Positions 11,026-22,968 are shown, counted from the first letter of the stretch. The stretch: DNA of 64,000 nucleotides from Trichormus sp. ATA11-4-KO1 (GCA_019358915.1 JAHHIM010000065.1:256001-320000); one strand, 5' to 3'. Notes: generated by a model not told the origin, from the letters alone. Made by a program: numbers and translations.

Positions 11026-12306
11026 ATGGGGCAAAATCTGTTATTTAAACCTGCTTATAAAACGCTAATTCCCTTAGTAATAGCTGCGACTGCAATTGCA
11101 GGTGGCATTGCTGTTTATAGCATTTCTCAGTTTGGACAAGTTGGTCAAACTGCCTCATCTGAATTAGGACAAACCACACCAAGAGTGACGGCTTTAGGAA
11201 GATTAGAGCCAGAAACAGAAGTAATTAGTTTGTCTGCACCTTTGGTTTTAGACGGCGATCGCATTGCTCAAATCCTAGTTAAAGAAGGTGATATCGTTGC
11301 AGCCGGACAGGTGGTAGCAATTTTAGACTCACGCGATCGCTTGCAGAATGCGGTACTCCAAGCTCAAAAACAGGTGAGAGTCACTCAAGCAAGATTGGCT
11401 CAAGTCAAAGCCGGGGCAAAAACTGGAGAAATTCAAGCACAACAGGCAACTGTGGAACGCTTACAAGCGCAGTTACAAGGAGATAAAACCGCTCAACAAG
11501 AAGCGATCGCTCGCATCGAAGCGCAGTGGTTAGGAGATAGAATTGCCCAAGAGGCGACAATTAAAAAACTGGTAGCAGAACTCAACAATGCCGCAGCTGA
11601 ATATCAACGTTATCAGCAGCTATCTTCCCAAGGAGCAATTTCTCATTCTTTATTTGATAGTAAGCGTTTGATTTGGGAAACCGCACAACAGCAGCTAGAC
11701 GAAGCCAAAGCAGTTCTCAACCGCATTAATTCTACAGCGAGTAGGCAACTGACTGAAGCTAAAGTTGCACTCACCCGAATTAACGCCACTAGCAACAAAC
11801 AAATCAGCGAAGCCAAAGCCACACTCAACAGTATTGCCGAAGTTCGTCCGGTAGATGTGCAGGCTGCACAGAGTGAAGTGGAAAATGCGATCGCATCTCT
11901 CAAACAAGCCGAAACAGACTTAGCAGCAGCAGAGATTAAAGCCCCAATGGCGGGTCAAATTCTCAAGATTCATACAAAAGTTGGAGAAAAAATTCGTGAT
12001 GCCGGCATTGCAGACTTAGCCCAAACCGAGCAAATGATGGTAGTAGCAGAAGTTTATCAAACCGACATTGGTAAAATTCAACTGGGACAGCCAGCAGTAA
12101 TTACTAGTCAAGTATTTGATGGTGAATTACAAGGGACAGTTTCCCAAATTGGTTTACAAGTAAATCGACAAAACGTTTTTAGCAACCAACCAGGAGAAAA
12201 CCTAGACAGCCGAGTGATTGAGGTCAAAATTCGTCTCAACCCTGAAGACAGTAAACGCGTCGCTGGGCTGACTAACTTGCAAGTACAAACAGCAATTGAA
12301 TTATAA
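11026..12306 (+). CDS. DevB-family membrane fusion protein of an ABC exporter
   Basis: VTALGRLEP...coiled coil...AEVYQTDI...DSRVIEVKIRL...LTNLQV. Confidence 0.92.
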   Translation: MGQNLLFKPAYKTLIPLVIAATAIAGGIAVYSISQFGQVGQTASSELGQTTPRVTALGRLEPETEVISLSAPLVLDGDRIAQILVKEGDIVAAGQVVAILDSRDRLQNAVLQAQKQVRVTQARLAQVKAGAKTGEIQAQQATVERLQAQLQGDKTAQQEAIARIEAQWLGDRIAQEATIKKLVAELNNAAAEYQRYQQLSSQGAISHSLFDSKRLIWETAQQQLDEAKAVLNRINSTASRQLTEAKVALTRINATSNKQISEAKATLNSIAEVRPVDVQAAQSEVENAIASLKQAETDLAAAEIKAPMAGQILKIHTKVGEKIRDAGIADLAQTEQMMVVAEVYQTDIGKIQLGQPAVITSQVFDGELQGTVSQIGLQVNRQNVFSNQPGENLDSRVIEVKIRLNPEDSKRVAGLTNLQVQTAIEL

Positions 12307-12333
12307 ATCCTTAGAAAATTAGGTAATTTTATC

Positions 12334-12669
12334 ATGCTGAAAGTCATATATCTTCTGCTTTGTATTTTCGGAACAGTTTTGCCTTACTCACAGTTATGGC
12401 CATTTGTCCTAGAATATGGTCTTGATATCCGGCTTTTTTTTGAACAGCTATTTGCTAATAGAATTTCCGGTTTTTTTGGCATGGATGTAATTGTTTCATC
12501 CCTAGTTTTTTGGGTATTTGTATATGGGGAAGGTACACGTCTGAAAATACCAAATCTCTGGATTTACATTGCTGCTAATCTTTTGGTTGGGGTTTCCCTT
12601 GGTTTGCCTTTATTTCTCTTAATGCGACAGTATCAACTTGAACAACAGACTGAGACTGTGAGATTTTAA
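12334..12669 (+). CDS. DUF2834 membrane protein
   Basis: FANRISGFFGMDVIVS...VGVSLGLPLFL. Confidence 0.8.
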   Translation: MLKVIYLLLCIFGTVLPYSQLWPFVLEYGLDIRLFFEQLFANRISGFFGMDVIVSSLVFWVFVYGEGTRLKIPNLWIYIAANLLVGVSLGLPLFLLMRQYQLEQQTETVRF

Positions 12670-12697
12670 CTAACTTTGATATGGGGACAATTGCCAG

Positions 12698-13864
12698 ATG
12701 TTTTATAAAATATCCCGCAAAACTCCGCTAGCATGGCGGCAGTTAATGAAAGAAAAAACGCGTCTAGCAGTTGCGGTTGCAGGTATTACTTTTGCCGATA
12801 TGTTGATGTTTATTCAACTGGGGTTTGAAAGTGCGCTTTTTGATGCAGCCATACAACCTCATCGCAATTTACAAGCGGACTTGGTTTTAATTAATCCCCA
12901 ATTTCAAACTTTATTTTCAGTCAAAAGCTTTTCTAGAGAACGACTGTATCAAACATTAGGTTATGAAGGTGTAGAGTCAGTAAATTCTGTATATATTGGC
13001 ACTGGACAATGGCGAAATCCTGAAACACGACTTGATCGGGCTATCTTGATTTGGGGTATTGATCCTACCCAATCTGCATTCAAGTTTCCCGAAGTTCAAC
13101 AAAACCAGGATCATCTCAAACAGTTGCATCAAGTTCTGTTTGATCAAGCTGGTCGTCCAGAATATGGGGCTGTGGGTGATATCTTCCAAAAAACAGGCAA
13201 TTTTGAAACAGAATTGAATAATAAAGCTGTGCGTGTTCGGGGCGTATTTAGTAACGGTGCTTCCTTCGCCGCCGATGGTAATGTTATCACCAGTGACTCC
13301 ACCTTTTTACAACTATTTCCAGACCGTCAACGCGATCGCATCGAAGTCGGGTTAATTACTCTCAAACCAGGTGCTGATCCAGAGAAAGTGCGATCGCAAC
13401 TCGCTGCTGGACTCCCTAATGATGTCAGCGTCCTGACTCCAGAAGGTTTTGCCCAAACCGAAAAAGATTACTGGGCAACTGGCACTGGTATTGGGTTTAT
13501 CTTCGGTTTAGGTGTGGGAGTCGGTTTCATTGTCGGCATTGTGATTGTTTATCAGATTCTTTACTCCGACGTTTCGGAACACCTGCCAGAATACGCCACC
13601 CTCAAAGCCATGGGTTACAGCGATCGCTATCTATTGGGAGTCTTGCTCCAAGAGGCATTATTTTTAGCCGTCTTGGGTTATATCCCGGCATTCTTCCTGT
13701 CTTTTGGATTGTATCAGCTTACCTATGCTGCCACACTGCTGCCCATCGCGATGAAAGTAGACAGGGCAATAACAGTATTTATTCTCACTGTCATCATGTG
13801 TAGTTTTTCTGGGGCGATCGCTATGCGGAAATTACGATCAGCTGACCCCGCCGATGTTTTTTAA
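12698..13864 (+). CDS. DevC-family ABC permease
   Basis: PLAWRQL...GITFADMLMFIQLGF...EYATLKAMGY...ADPADVF. Confidence 0.93.
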   Translation: MFYKISRKTPLAWRQLMKEKTRLAVAVAGITFADMLMFIQLGFESALFDAAIQPHRNLQADLVLINPQFQTLFSVKSFSRERLYQTLGYEGVESVNSVYIGTGQWRNPETRLDRAILIWGIDPTQSAFKFPEVQQNQDHLKQLHQVLFDQAGRPEYGAVGDIFQKTGNFETELNNKAVRVRGVFSNGASFAADGNVITSDSTFLQLFPDRQRDRIEVGLITLKPGADPEKVRSQLAAGLPNDVSVLTPEGFAQTEKDYWATGTGIGFIFGLGVGVGFIVGIVIVYQILYSDVSEHLPEYATLKAMGYSDRYLLGVLLQEALFLAVLGYIPAFFLSFGLYQLTYAATLLPIAMKVDRAITVFILTVIMCSFSGAIAMRKLRSADPADVF

Positions 13865-13904
13865 TTTTTGGGTTCCCTTGTTCCTTCATCCCCTTCTATT
13901 CACT

Positions 13905-14633
13905 ATGTTGCAAAACTCTGTACTAGTAGAACCTGTGATTGCTGTTCATAACGTCAACCACTACTTTGGTGGAGGTAATCTCCGCAAACAAGTTTTATTT
14001 GATATTAATTTGGAGATTAACGCTGGTGATATTGTGATTATGACCGGCCCCTCAGGTTCAGGAAAAACCACTTTGTTAACTCTCATGGGGGGACTACGTT
14101 CTGCTCAAGAAGGTAGTTTAAAAATTTTAGGACAGGAAATTTGTGGGGCTAATAAAGCACAGTTAACCCGACTGCGCCGCCAGATTGGCTATATTTTCCA
14201 AGCGCACAACCTCATGACTTTTTTGACAGCTAAAGACAATGTGCGAATGTCTTTAGAGTTGCATGACGATTTTTTAAATCAGGATGTCAACACCAAAGCG
14301 ATCGCGATGTTAGAAACTGTTGGTTTAGGTGATCATGTCAATTATTATCCAGAGAATTTGTCAGGAGGGCAAAAACAGAGAGTAGCGATCGCTCGCGCTT
14401 TAGTCAGCCATCCTCAAATTGTTTTGGCAGACGAACCCACGGCTGCACTTGACAAAAAATCTGGGCGTGATGTCGTCGAATTAATGCAGAAGCTAGCCAA
14501 AGAACAAGGCTGTACAATCTTGCTAGTTACCCACGACAACCGCATCCTTGATATTGCTGATCGCATCATTTATATGGAAGATGGTCAACTGAAAACTAAT
14601 GATGTCGATGTTGCTACAAAAATGCAAATCTAA
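13905..14633 (+). CDS. DevA-family ABC ATPase
   Basis: Walker A GPSGSGKTT, LSGGQKQR signature, LADEPT; start placed at ATG 13905. Confidence 0.94.
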   Translation: MLQNSVLVEPVIAVHNVNHYFGGGNLRKQVLFDINLEINAGDIVIMTGPSGSGKTTLLTLMGGLRSAQEGSLKILGQEICGANKAQLTRLRRQIGYIFQAHNLMTFLTAKDNVRMSLELHDDFLNQDVNTKAIAMLETVGLGDHVNYYPENLSGGQKQRVAIARALVSHPQIVLADEPTAALDKKSGRDVVELMQKLAKEQGCTILLVTHDNRILDIADRIIYMEDGQLKTNDVDVATKMQI

Positions 14634-14730
14634 ATATTTATCAAAAAAGGCAAAAAAGAGAGAGTAGGAGTGTGGAAAAATGCTCTTTCTACACTCCTCT
14701 AAACCTCTGCTTCTTGTTACTTAAATAACT

Positions 14731-15504
14731 TTAGTTATAGTAAAACTTAGCATTTTTCAGTGCCCTAATTCTAGCTAGATTTAAGCGGTAGTGATAGCTA
14801 ATTCTTCGTTCCCATTTTTCCCAAAAACTTTTCTGTTCCTTGGTATACGAAGCATCATAATGATGCGTGATATTTTTAATTTTTTGCCAGCCATCTGTGC
14901 CAATAGTCCACCCTACTTTGGCAGCAGCTAATCCCATGGCATTACCTACACCAGCATGAATGCCTTTTAATTCTAAATATCTCCCAATAATTCCCCAATA
15001 CTTCAAATACTCTAGTTCTCTACCTTCATCTCTAGCAATAATAAATAAAGATTCTCCTACATATGTAGTATTTTCTAGATGCAGATTTAAATGTGCAGCC
15101 ACCTTTTGAAGAGACTGCAATCTCTCAGGCGTGTATCTACTAACATGTTCAATTAAATTTTCATAATGTCCTACTGTGATTCCAGGTTTCCACTCCAAAT
15201 TATCTGGTAGGGGAGCTAATATCCTAGTATCTGCATCAATATAAATAACAGCAGGAAATTTTGATAAGGCTATTTCCATGACAATACTTTTGTCATGATA
15301 ACAAAGAAGAATGCCTTTTTGGCGATGTTTAAAAGCTAGAACATTCGGAAAATCACTGAAATCATTGATGTCATCTGTAAAAACTAACAGTGAAGTTCCT
15401 GGAGCGTATTTTTCTAAATCACTAGCCAATTGCCGAGCCAGAAGACGGTACTTCTTTCTCAAAGCTAATGTGCAAAAACAGTAATATTTTTGTTCTTGAC
15501 TCAT
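14731..15504 (-). CDS. Hypothetical protein, possibly glycosyltransferase-like
   Basis: 257-aa ORF with LLVFTDD and VIYIDAD (DxD) motifs. Confidence 0.55.
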   Translation of the reverse strand: MSQEQKYYCFCTLALRKKYRLLARQLASDLEKYAPGTSLLVFTDDINDFSDFPNVLAFKHRQKGILLCYHDKSIVMEIALSKFPAVIYIDADTRILAPLPDNLEWKPGITVGHYENLIEHVSRYTPERLQSLQKVAAHLNLHLENTTYVGESLFIIARDEGRELEYLKYWGIIGRYLELKGIHAGVGNAMGLAAAKVGWTIGTDGWQKIKNITHHYDASYTKEQKSFWEKWERRISYHYRLNLARIRALKNAKFYYN

Positions 15505-16320
15505 AAACTACTGATGATTTTAATGTAATATTTATGGATGTAGCCGAGCAAAAAGTAAATAAACAAACCTCGTAATATATCATACAGCGATCGCACGAGT
15601 AGTGAGCCAAATTTATCTGCTTTTCCGTAGCTTAAATTTTAAGTAATTAATTATACTTTTTAGTTTCCCTTGGGAATCTGGCTCTTTACTTGAATAGTGG
15701 TAACTACTTATAATCAGCAGTTTCCAGATGTCAGGTATTTTGCTTGGTGTCTTAGTGTCTTAGTGGTTAAAAAAATGACTTTTGAATTATAAAGTTACAA
15801 AGGTGGAAAGCCTAAAATTTTGTCCAATATTCGGTAGTTTTTACTCACATTGAAAGGGCTAGTACTTATACTCAGCACTTTTTAAGTGAGTGAATTAATC
15901 TCTAGAAAATAAAATAAATATTAAATGCATTTTTTCTGCAAAAAAAATGATAGGTTAGATACAGATTAAGATTTACTCGTAAGCCAAATTCTGACGCGCT
16001 CATCTAACTCAATCTAATTCACCAGTTGATTAAGCAGACAACAGCTAATTATGCTTGCTTGTAGCTAAAAATTGTCAATAGATATATCATGGGAAGTAAC
16101 ACAAATCCTTGTTTGGTGCTACTTATGCAAATTTTCAGTCACAAATTTCTCTGCAAAAATTAAATAAATATAAATTGGATTTTTTGGCAAAAAAAAATGA
16201 TATGTTGGATACAGAATTGAATTTCGCACGTATCTGGAGTAGTCCGACGTGAATCTGCTCCAGTTTTTCCCCCTTAAACTCCTAAGCTTTTTATGTTTTA
16301 AATGGGATTTAAGGGTAGTT

Positions 16321-16702
16321 TGAGTACATAATAAAATAACCCAAAATCATTTCAAACCGAGCGAAAACCTTTGCTATGACTGGATTTTGGCTGAGTACAA
16401 AGAAATCCTGAACCTCTCTTCATAAATACTCGTACCCCAAGTAAAAAATACTAGTACCCCTACCCAAAAAATAAATTTTTAATTCTTGTAAAGCCCAAAT
16501 AAGTAGGGTTTGAAAATTTGAGTACAAGCGTAATAAATCCAATAAATTCTATCCTCAATAGACGCGCCAACCATTTGAGGACAACTGATATAAATCTTAT
16601 ATCGCCAATCACTCAACGCTCGAACCAAAAGTAATAGCGAAGAGTGAGTGGAGGGATGAGATAGCACCATGCCTCTGTGAATAAAAGTCGCGGCTGTACT
16701 CA
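16321..16702. promoter_or_regulatory. nifB upstream TGAGTACA motif cluster (likely CnfR-responsive region)
   Basis: TGAGTACA at 16321, 16392 and 16519, and inverted TGTACTCA at 16695. Confidence 0.7.
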
Positions 16703-16919
16703 CAAACAAATTCCACCCAAGACCTAAACGTTGACACACACCAGCCGATAGCGAAGCGTGGCATTAGCCATACCTGAGTCAACAGTAAACAAATTGATAA
16801 ATGTTAACTGTTAACTGCTAACTGTTTGAATACAAGACGCGACTTTATTTCCTGGGTAAAGACAGTAGCAACGGCATCTCCCACTGTGGCATCCAGTCCA
16901 CCGACCCTTGCGAAATTCA

Positions 16920-18368
16920 ATGACACTACCGTCTTCAGGACTCCTCTCCTCCGACCATCAGGAACTAGCAGTTACCCCAGCAAAATCAGGTGGTTGCGGA
17001 TGTGACAGCAGCACCACCGTGGAAATGGATGAAAAACTCCAAGAACGGATCGCCAAGCATCCCTGCTACAGCGAAGATGCTCATCACCACTACGCCAGAA
17101 TGCACGTTGCAGTTGCACCAGCTTGCAATATTCAATGCAACTATTGCAACCGTAAATACGACTGCGCTAACGAAAGTCGTCCTGGGGTAGTTAGCGAGTT
17201 GCTGACACCAGAAGAAGCAGCACACAAAGCTTTGGTGATTGCAGGCAAAATTCCCCAAATGACAGTCGTGGGAATTGCGGGGCCTGGTGATCCATTGGCG
17301 AATCCCGAAAAAACTTTCCGCACCTTTGAGTTGATTGCAGACAAAGCACCAGACATCAAGCTTTGCTTATCAACCAACGGTTTAATGCTACCCGAATACA
17401 TCGATCGCATCAAACAACTAAATATAGATCACGTTACTATCACCCTAAATACCATCGACCCAGAAATCGGCGCTCAGATTTACTCTTGGGTTCACTACAA
17501 GCGCAAGCGTTATAGAGGCGTTGAAGGTGCTAAGATTCTGCTTGAAAAGCAGATGGAAGGCTTGCAAGCACTCAAAGAAGCTGACATTTTGTGCAAAGTC
17601 AACTCCGTGATGATTCCCGGAATTAATGATCAGCACCTGATCGAAGTCAATAAAATGATTCGGGAAAACGGTGCATTTCTGCACAATATCATGCCACTGA
17701 TTTCGGCACCGGAACACGGCACATACTTCGGTTTAACAGGTCAACGCGGCCCCACACCCAAAGAAGTTAAGTCAGTTCAAGACAATTGTGCTGGCAACAT
17801 GAAAATGATGCGCCATTGTCGTCAGTGCCGAGCCGATGCTGTAGGATTATTGGGAGAAGACCGCAGCCAAGAATTTACCAAAGATAAGTTCTTGGAAATG
17901 TCCCCAGAATATGACCTTGAGCAACGCACCCTAGTTCATGAAGGGATTGAAAAATTTAAAGAAGAGCTAAAAATAGCCAAAGATAAGGCACGTGCAAGCA
18001 AGAAATTTGCCAGCAATCCCAAAATTCTCGTTGCAGTCGCCACCAAAGGCGGTGGATTAGTTAACCAACACTTCGGTCATGCCAAGGAATTCCAAATTTA
18101 CGAAGTAGATGGTAATGAAGTTCGCTTTATCGGTCATCGCAAGATTGACCAATATTGCCAAGGTGGATTTAGTGAAGAAGCCACTTTCGAGCATATCATG
18201 CAAGCGATCGCAGATTGCAAAGCAGTTTTAGTCTCCAAGATTGGTAACTGTCCTCAAGAAAAACTGCAAGCAGCTGGTATACAGACCGTTGAAGCTTACG
18301 ACGTGATTGAAAAGGTTGCTTTGGAATTTTACGAGCAATATGTCCAGGAGTTAGGGAATAGGGAATAG
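16920..18368 (+). CDS. nifB: FeMo-cofactor biosynthesis radical SAM protein
   Basis: [13 protein letters not shown] radical SAM motif, C-terminal NifX-like domain; start placed at ATG 16920. Confidence 0.98.
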   Translation: MTLPSSGLLSSDHQELAVTPAKSGGCGCDSSTTVEMDEKLQERIAKHPCYSEDAHHHYARMHVAVAPACNIQCNYCNRKYDCANESRPGVVSELLTPEEAAHKALVIAGKIPQMTVVGIAGPGDPLANPEKTFRTFELIADKAPDIKLCLSTNGLMLPEYIDRIKQLNIDHVTITLNTIDPEIGAQIYSWVHYKRKRYRGVEGAKILLEKQMEGLQALKEADILCKVNSVMIPGINDQHLIEVNKMIRENGAFLHNIMPLISAPEHGTYFGLTGQRGPTPKEVKSVQDNCAGNMKMMRHCRQCRADAVGLLGEDRSQEFTKDKFLEMSPEYDLEQRTLVHEGIEKFKEELKIAKDKARASKKFASNPKILVAVATKGGGLVNQHFGHAKEFQIYEVDGNEVRFIGHRKIDQYCQGGFSEEATFEHIMQAIADCKAVLVSKIGNCPQEKLQAAGIQTVEAYDVIEKVALEFYEQYVQELGNRE

Positions 18369-18470
18369 GTGAGACCAGCGCGGTCTTGGGGAGCCACTGC
18401 GGTCTTGAGGTTTCCCCAAGTGGAGCAAGTGGCGTGGTTTCCCCCATGAGCGACTGGCAAACCCGAAGGG
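18369..18470. repeat. Nested small dispersed repeats
   Basis: Same frame as the 37684-37740 repeat but with an inserted GAGCCACTGCGGT...AGCAAGTGGCGT unit that also frames 35953-36094. Confidence 0.75.
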
Positions 18471-18554
18471 GAGTAGGGATTAGGGATGCAAAAATCCCCT
18501 CCCCACTCACCACTCACCATTCACCACTCCCCCATTTCAACAAGGAGAATAATC

Positions 18555-18908
18555 ATGGCTTACACCATCACTAGCCAATGTATTTCCTGCAATCTCTGTC
18601 TGTCTGCTTGTCCTACTGGTGCAGTTAAAGTAATTGACGGTAATCACTGGATTGACCCTGAACTTTGCACAAACTGCGCTGGTAATATTTACTCTGTACC
18701 TCAGTGTAAAGCTGGTTGTCCCACCTGCAATGGTTGCGTTAAGCAGCCTAACGATTATTGGGAAGGCTGGTTTGCTAATTACAACCACTCTTTAGCAAAA
18801 TTAACCAACAAAAAAGATTACTGGGAGCGCTGGTTTGAATATTACTCTCAAAAATTCTCAGAACAAATATCTCGGCATCAGAGCGGAGTTGTAGGTGTAT
18901 CAGGATGA
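18555..18908 (+). CDS. fdxN: 4Fe-4S ferredoxin, uninterrupted (no xisF element)
   Basis: CISCNLCLSACP and CTNC...QCKAGCP motifs; RBS AGGAG before ATG 18555. Confidence 0.93.
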   Translation: MAYTITSQCISCNLCLSACPTGAVKVIDGNHWIDPELCTNCAGNIYSVPQCKAGCPTCNGCVKQPNDYWEGWFANYNHSLAKLTNKKDYWERWFEYYSQKFSEQISRHQSGVVGVSG

Positions 18909-20107
18909 GCATCATTTATTTAGACAATAATGCCACAACTAAGGTAGACCCAGAAGTTATAGAAGTGATGTTGCCTTATTTGCGGGACTACTACGGTAAC
19001 CCCTCAAGTATGCACACCTTTGGGGGACAAGTTGGCAAAGCTGTAAAAATAGCCAGGCAACAACTAGCAGCCCTCATCGGTGCAGATGAATCGGAAATTG
19101 TCTACACCAGTTGCGGTACAGAGGGAGATAACGCGGCTATTCGCGCCGCCCTGTTGGCACAACCAGAAAAGCGACATATCATCACGACGCAAGTTGAACA
19201 CCCAGCAGTGTTGAATGTCTGCAAACAACTGGAAACCCAAGGTTACAATGTTACCTATCTGTCGGTGAATCGTCAGGGACAGTTGGATCTCAATGAATTA
19301 GAGGCCTCCTTGACTGGTAACACCGCCTTGGTGACGATTATGTATGCCAACAACGAAACAGGTACCATTTTCCCCATTGAGCAAATTGGCTTACGAGTCA
19401 AAGAATATGGCGCTCTCTTTCATGTAGATGCGGTGCAAGCCGTGGGCAAAATCCCCATGAACATGAAGAACAGCACCATCGATATGTTGACCTTATCTGG
19501 TCATAAAATTCATGCTCCCAAGGGAATTGGTGCTTTGTATGTGCGGCGCGGTGTGCGGTTCCGTCCCTTGTTACTTGGGGGACATCAAGAACGTGGTCGG
19601 CGGGCAGGAACAGAGAATGTTCCAGCTATAATTGCTTTGGGTAAAGCGGCAGAATTGGAACTCTTGCATTTAGAAGAGGCTACCACAAGAGAAAGAAAAC
19701 TACGCGATCGCCTAGAGCAAACCTTACTCGCTAAAATTCCCAACTGCGAAGTTAATGGCGATCCAACGCAGAGATTACCAAACACCACCAATATTGGTTT
19801 CAAGTACATTGAAGGTGAAGCAATTCTGCTCTCTTTGAACAAATACGGCATCTGTGCCTCATCTGGTTCTGCTTGTACCTCCGGCTCTTTAGAACCTTCC
19901 CACGTTTTGCGGGCGATGGGTTTACCCTACACCACTTTACACGGCTCCATTCGTTTCAGTCTTTCTCGCTACACCACGGAAGCCGAAATTGACAAAGTAA
20001 TAGAAGTAATGCCCGATATTGTCGAACGTTTACGCGCCATGTCCCCCTTCAAAAAGGATGATGCGGATTGGTTGCAAGAACAAGCACAAGCACTAGCTCA
20101 TAGTTAG
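18905..20107 (+). CDS. nifS: Cysteine desulfurase
   Basis: YLDNNATT, SGHK PLP lysine, SSGSACTS. Confidence 0.97.
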   Translation: MSIIYLDNNATTKVDPEVIEVMLPYLRDYYGNPSSMHTFGGQVGKAVKIARQQLAALIGADESEIVYTSCGTEGDNAAIRAALLAQPEKRHIITTQVEHPAVLNVCKQLETQGYNVTYLSVNRQGQLDLNELEASLTGNTALVTIMYANNETGTIFPIEQIGLRVKEYGALFHVDAVQAVGKIPMNMKNSTIDMLTLSGHKIHAPKGIGALYVRRGVRFRPLLLGGHQERGRRAGTENVPAIIALGKAAELELLHLEEATTRERKLRDRLEQTLLAKIPNCEVNGDPTQRLPNTTNIGFKYIEGEAILLSLNKYGICASSGSACTSGSLEPSHVLRAMGLPYTTLHGSIRFSLSRYTTEAEIDKVIEVMPDIVERLRAMSPFKKDDADWLQEQAQALAHS

Positions 20108-20157
20108 GGAAGAAGCAGGGGAGCAGGGGAGAGAGTTATTCCTCATTTTCCTCATCC

Positions 20158-20187
20158 CTCAAATCTCAAATCTCAAATCTCAAATCT
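20158..20187 (+). repeat. Short tandem heptamer repeat (STRR-type)
   Basis: (CTCAAAT) about four times before nifU. Confidence 0.8.
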
Positions 20188-20197
20188 AAAATCGACC

Positions 20198-21112
20198 ATG
20201 TGGGACTACACAGATAAAGTATTAGACTTGTTTTACAATCCCAAGAACCAGGGAGCTATTGAAGAAACTGACGAACCTGGTGTAAAGGTAGCAATGGGAG
20301 AAATTGGTAGTATTGCTTGTGGTGATGCTTTAAGATTGCATTTGAAAGTTGAAGTAGCCTCTGACACAATTTTGGATGCTCGCTTTCAAACCTTTGGCTG
20401 CACCAGTGCGATCGCTTCTTCTAGTGCTTTGACTGAAATGATCAAGGGTTTAACTTTAGATGAAGCCTTGAAGGTCTCCAATAAAGAAATTGCCGACTAC
20501 CTCGGCGGATTACCTGAAGCCAAAATGCACTGTTCTGTCATGGGGCAAGAAGCGCTAGAAGCTGCTATTTATAATTATCGTGGCATTCCTCTAGCTACCC
20601 ATGACGACGATGACGAAGGCGCATTAATTTGTAGCTGCTTTGGGATCACCGAATCCAAAATTCGCCGTGTGATTGTCGAAAATCATCTCACTGATGCAGA
20701 ACAGGTAACAAATTATGTCAAAGCTGGCGGCGGATGCGGTTCCTGTTTAGCGAATATTGATGATATTATAAGAAGTGTAAAGGAACAAGCCGCCGCACCT
20801 GCTCTTAACAACCACAGCGTCGGAGTTACTACAGATATTGCTAATTCTCAGCCGCAATCGCCAAGACCTCTCACAAACGTGCAGAAGATTGCATTGATTC
20901 AAAAAGTCTTAGATGAAGAAGTCAGACCCGTATTGATCGCTGACGGCGGAGATGTAGAACTTTACGACGTAGATGGCGATAGAGTCAAGGTTTTATTGCA
21001 AGGCGCTTGTGGTTCTTGTTCTAGTAGTACAGCCACTCTCAAGATTGCGATCGAAGCCAGATTACAGGATCGAGTCAGCAAAAACCTTGTAGTCGAAGCA
21101 GTCGAACCATAA
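20198..21112 (+). CDS. nifU: Fe-S scaffold protein
   Basis: ACGDAL, FGCTSA, KMHCSV, CSCFG..GGGCGSC and GACGSC motifs. Confidence 0.97.
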   Translation: MWDYTDKVLDLFYNPKNQGAIEETDEPGVKVAMGEIGSIACGDALRLHLKVEVASDTILDARFQTFGCTSAIASSSALTEMIKGLTLDEALKVSNKEIADYLGGLPEAKMHCSVMGQEALEAAIYNYRGIPLATHDDDDEGALICSCFGITESKIRRVIVENHLTDAEQVTNYVKAGGGCGSCLANIDDIIRSVKEQAAAPALNNHSVGVTTDIANSQPQSPRPLTNVQKIALIQKVLDEEVRPVLIADGGDVELYDVDGDRVKVLLQGACGSCSSSTATLKIAIEARLQDRVSKNLVVEAVEP

Positions 21113-21284
21113 CTTACAGATTTACGCACCACACAAATAAATCCTGTAATTCATTCACCAGGAACAAGAAGTAGGATTTGACCCAAATCTTCGCTCCATC
21201 AATGCTTCAGTCTTAAAGTACATAGGTGAAAGTCAACACCTAATTGCACATTTCATGATCCCACACGCTTCAAAGGAACAGGAT

Positions 21285-21641
21285 ATGAGTACATTGTACG
21301 ACAAAATTGGTGGACAACCGACTATTGAAAAAGTGGTTGATGAGCTACACAAAAGCATTATGGCAGACAACAGTCTCAAACCCTTTTTCGCTAACACAGA
21401 TATGGCGAAACAACGCGCTCATCAAGTTGCATTTTTCTCTCTGATGTTTGAAGGGCCAAAGCAATACAGTGGCCGTTCTATGGACAAAACCCACACAGGG
21501 ATGAATCTCAATGACCAACACTTCGACGCTATTGTCAAGCATTTGAATGCGGCAATGGCTGCAAGTGGAGTATCAGCAGAAGACACCAGCGCTGCCTTAA
21601 CTCGCGTTTCCAGCTTAAAGGGCGCAATTCTCAACAAATAA
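21285..21641 (+). CDS. glbN: Cyanoglobin (group I truncated hemoglobin)
   Basis: MSTLYDKIGG...FFANTDMAKQRAHQ...YSGRSMDKTHTGMNL...HFDAI; located between nifU and nifH. Confidence 0.93.
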   Translation: MSTLYDKIGGQPTIEKVVDELHKSIMADNSLKPFFANTDMAKQRAHQVAFFSLMFEGPKQYSGRSMDKTHTGMNLNDQHFDAIVKHLNAAMAASGVSAEDTSAALTRVSSLKGAILNK

Positions 21642-21718
21642 GGACTTCTGCATTGATTGACGAATAACTACCTCAAGTCCTCCTTTATTTTCTCCCTATA
21701 TTTGTAAAGTGTGTAATT

Positions 21719-21749
21719 CCTTTGTCATTTGCTTGACAAATGGCAAAGG
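21719..21749 (+). other. Stem-loop in the glbN-nifH spacer (candidate transcript processing/stability hairpin)
   Basis: CCTTTGTCATTTG...CAAATGGCAAAGG inverted repeat. Confidence 0.5.
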
Positions 21750-21911
21750 AGAAAAATAAACAAACTCACAGAAATAAACTTAACCCGAATCATTATGACT
21801 CCAACACCAACTGATTTTGTTGTGGAGCGAGCGCCACCAGCGATGCTCTCTCTACATGCGCTCACTGCTGTAGCTCAACAGGCGTGAACGTCAACACAAA
21901 AGACCCACTAA

Positions 21912-22841
<930 letters not shown>

Positions 22842-22968
22842 TCACCAAAGGAAAAAGGAAAAGGCAAGAACTCATATCTTACCTTTTACCTTTAACCTTC
22901 TCCCCCCCTACTCTTAGGGGACTTCCATCTACCCTATCCCCAGATCCTTAGGAACTCGAGAGGCTAAA

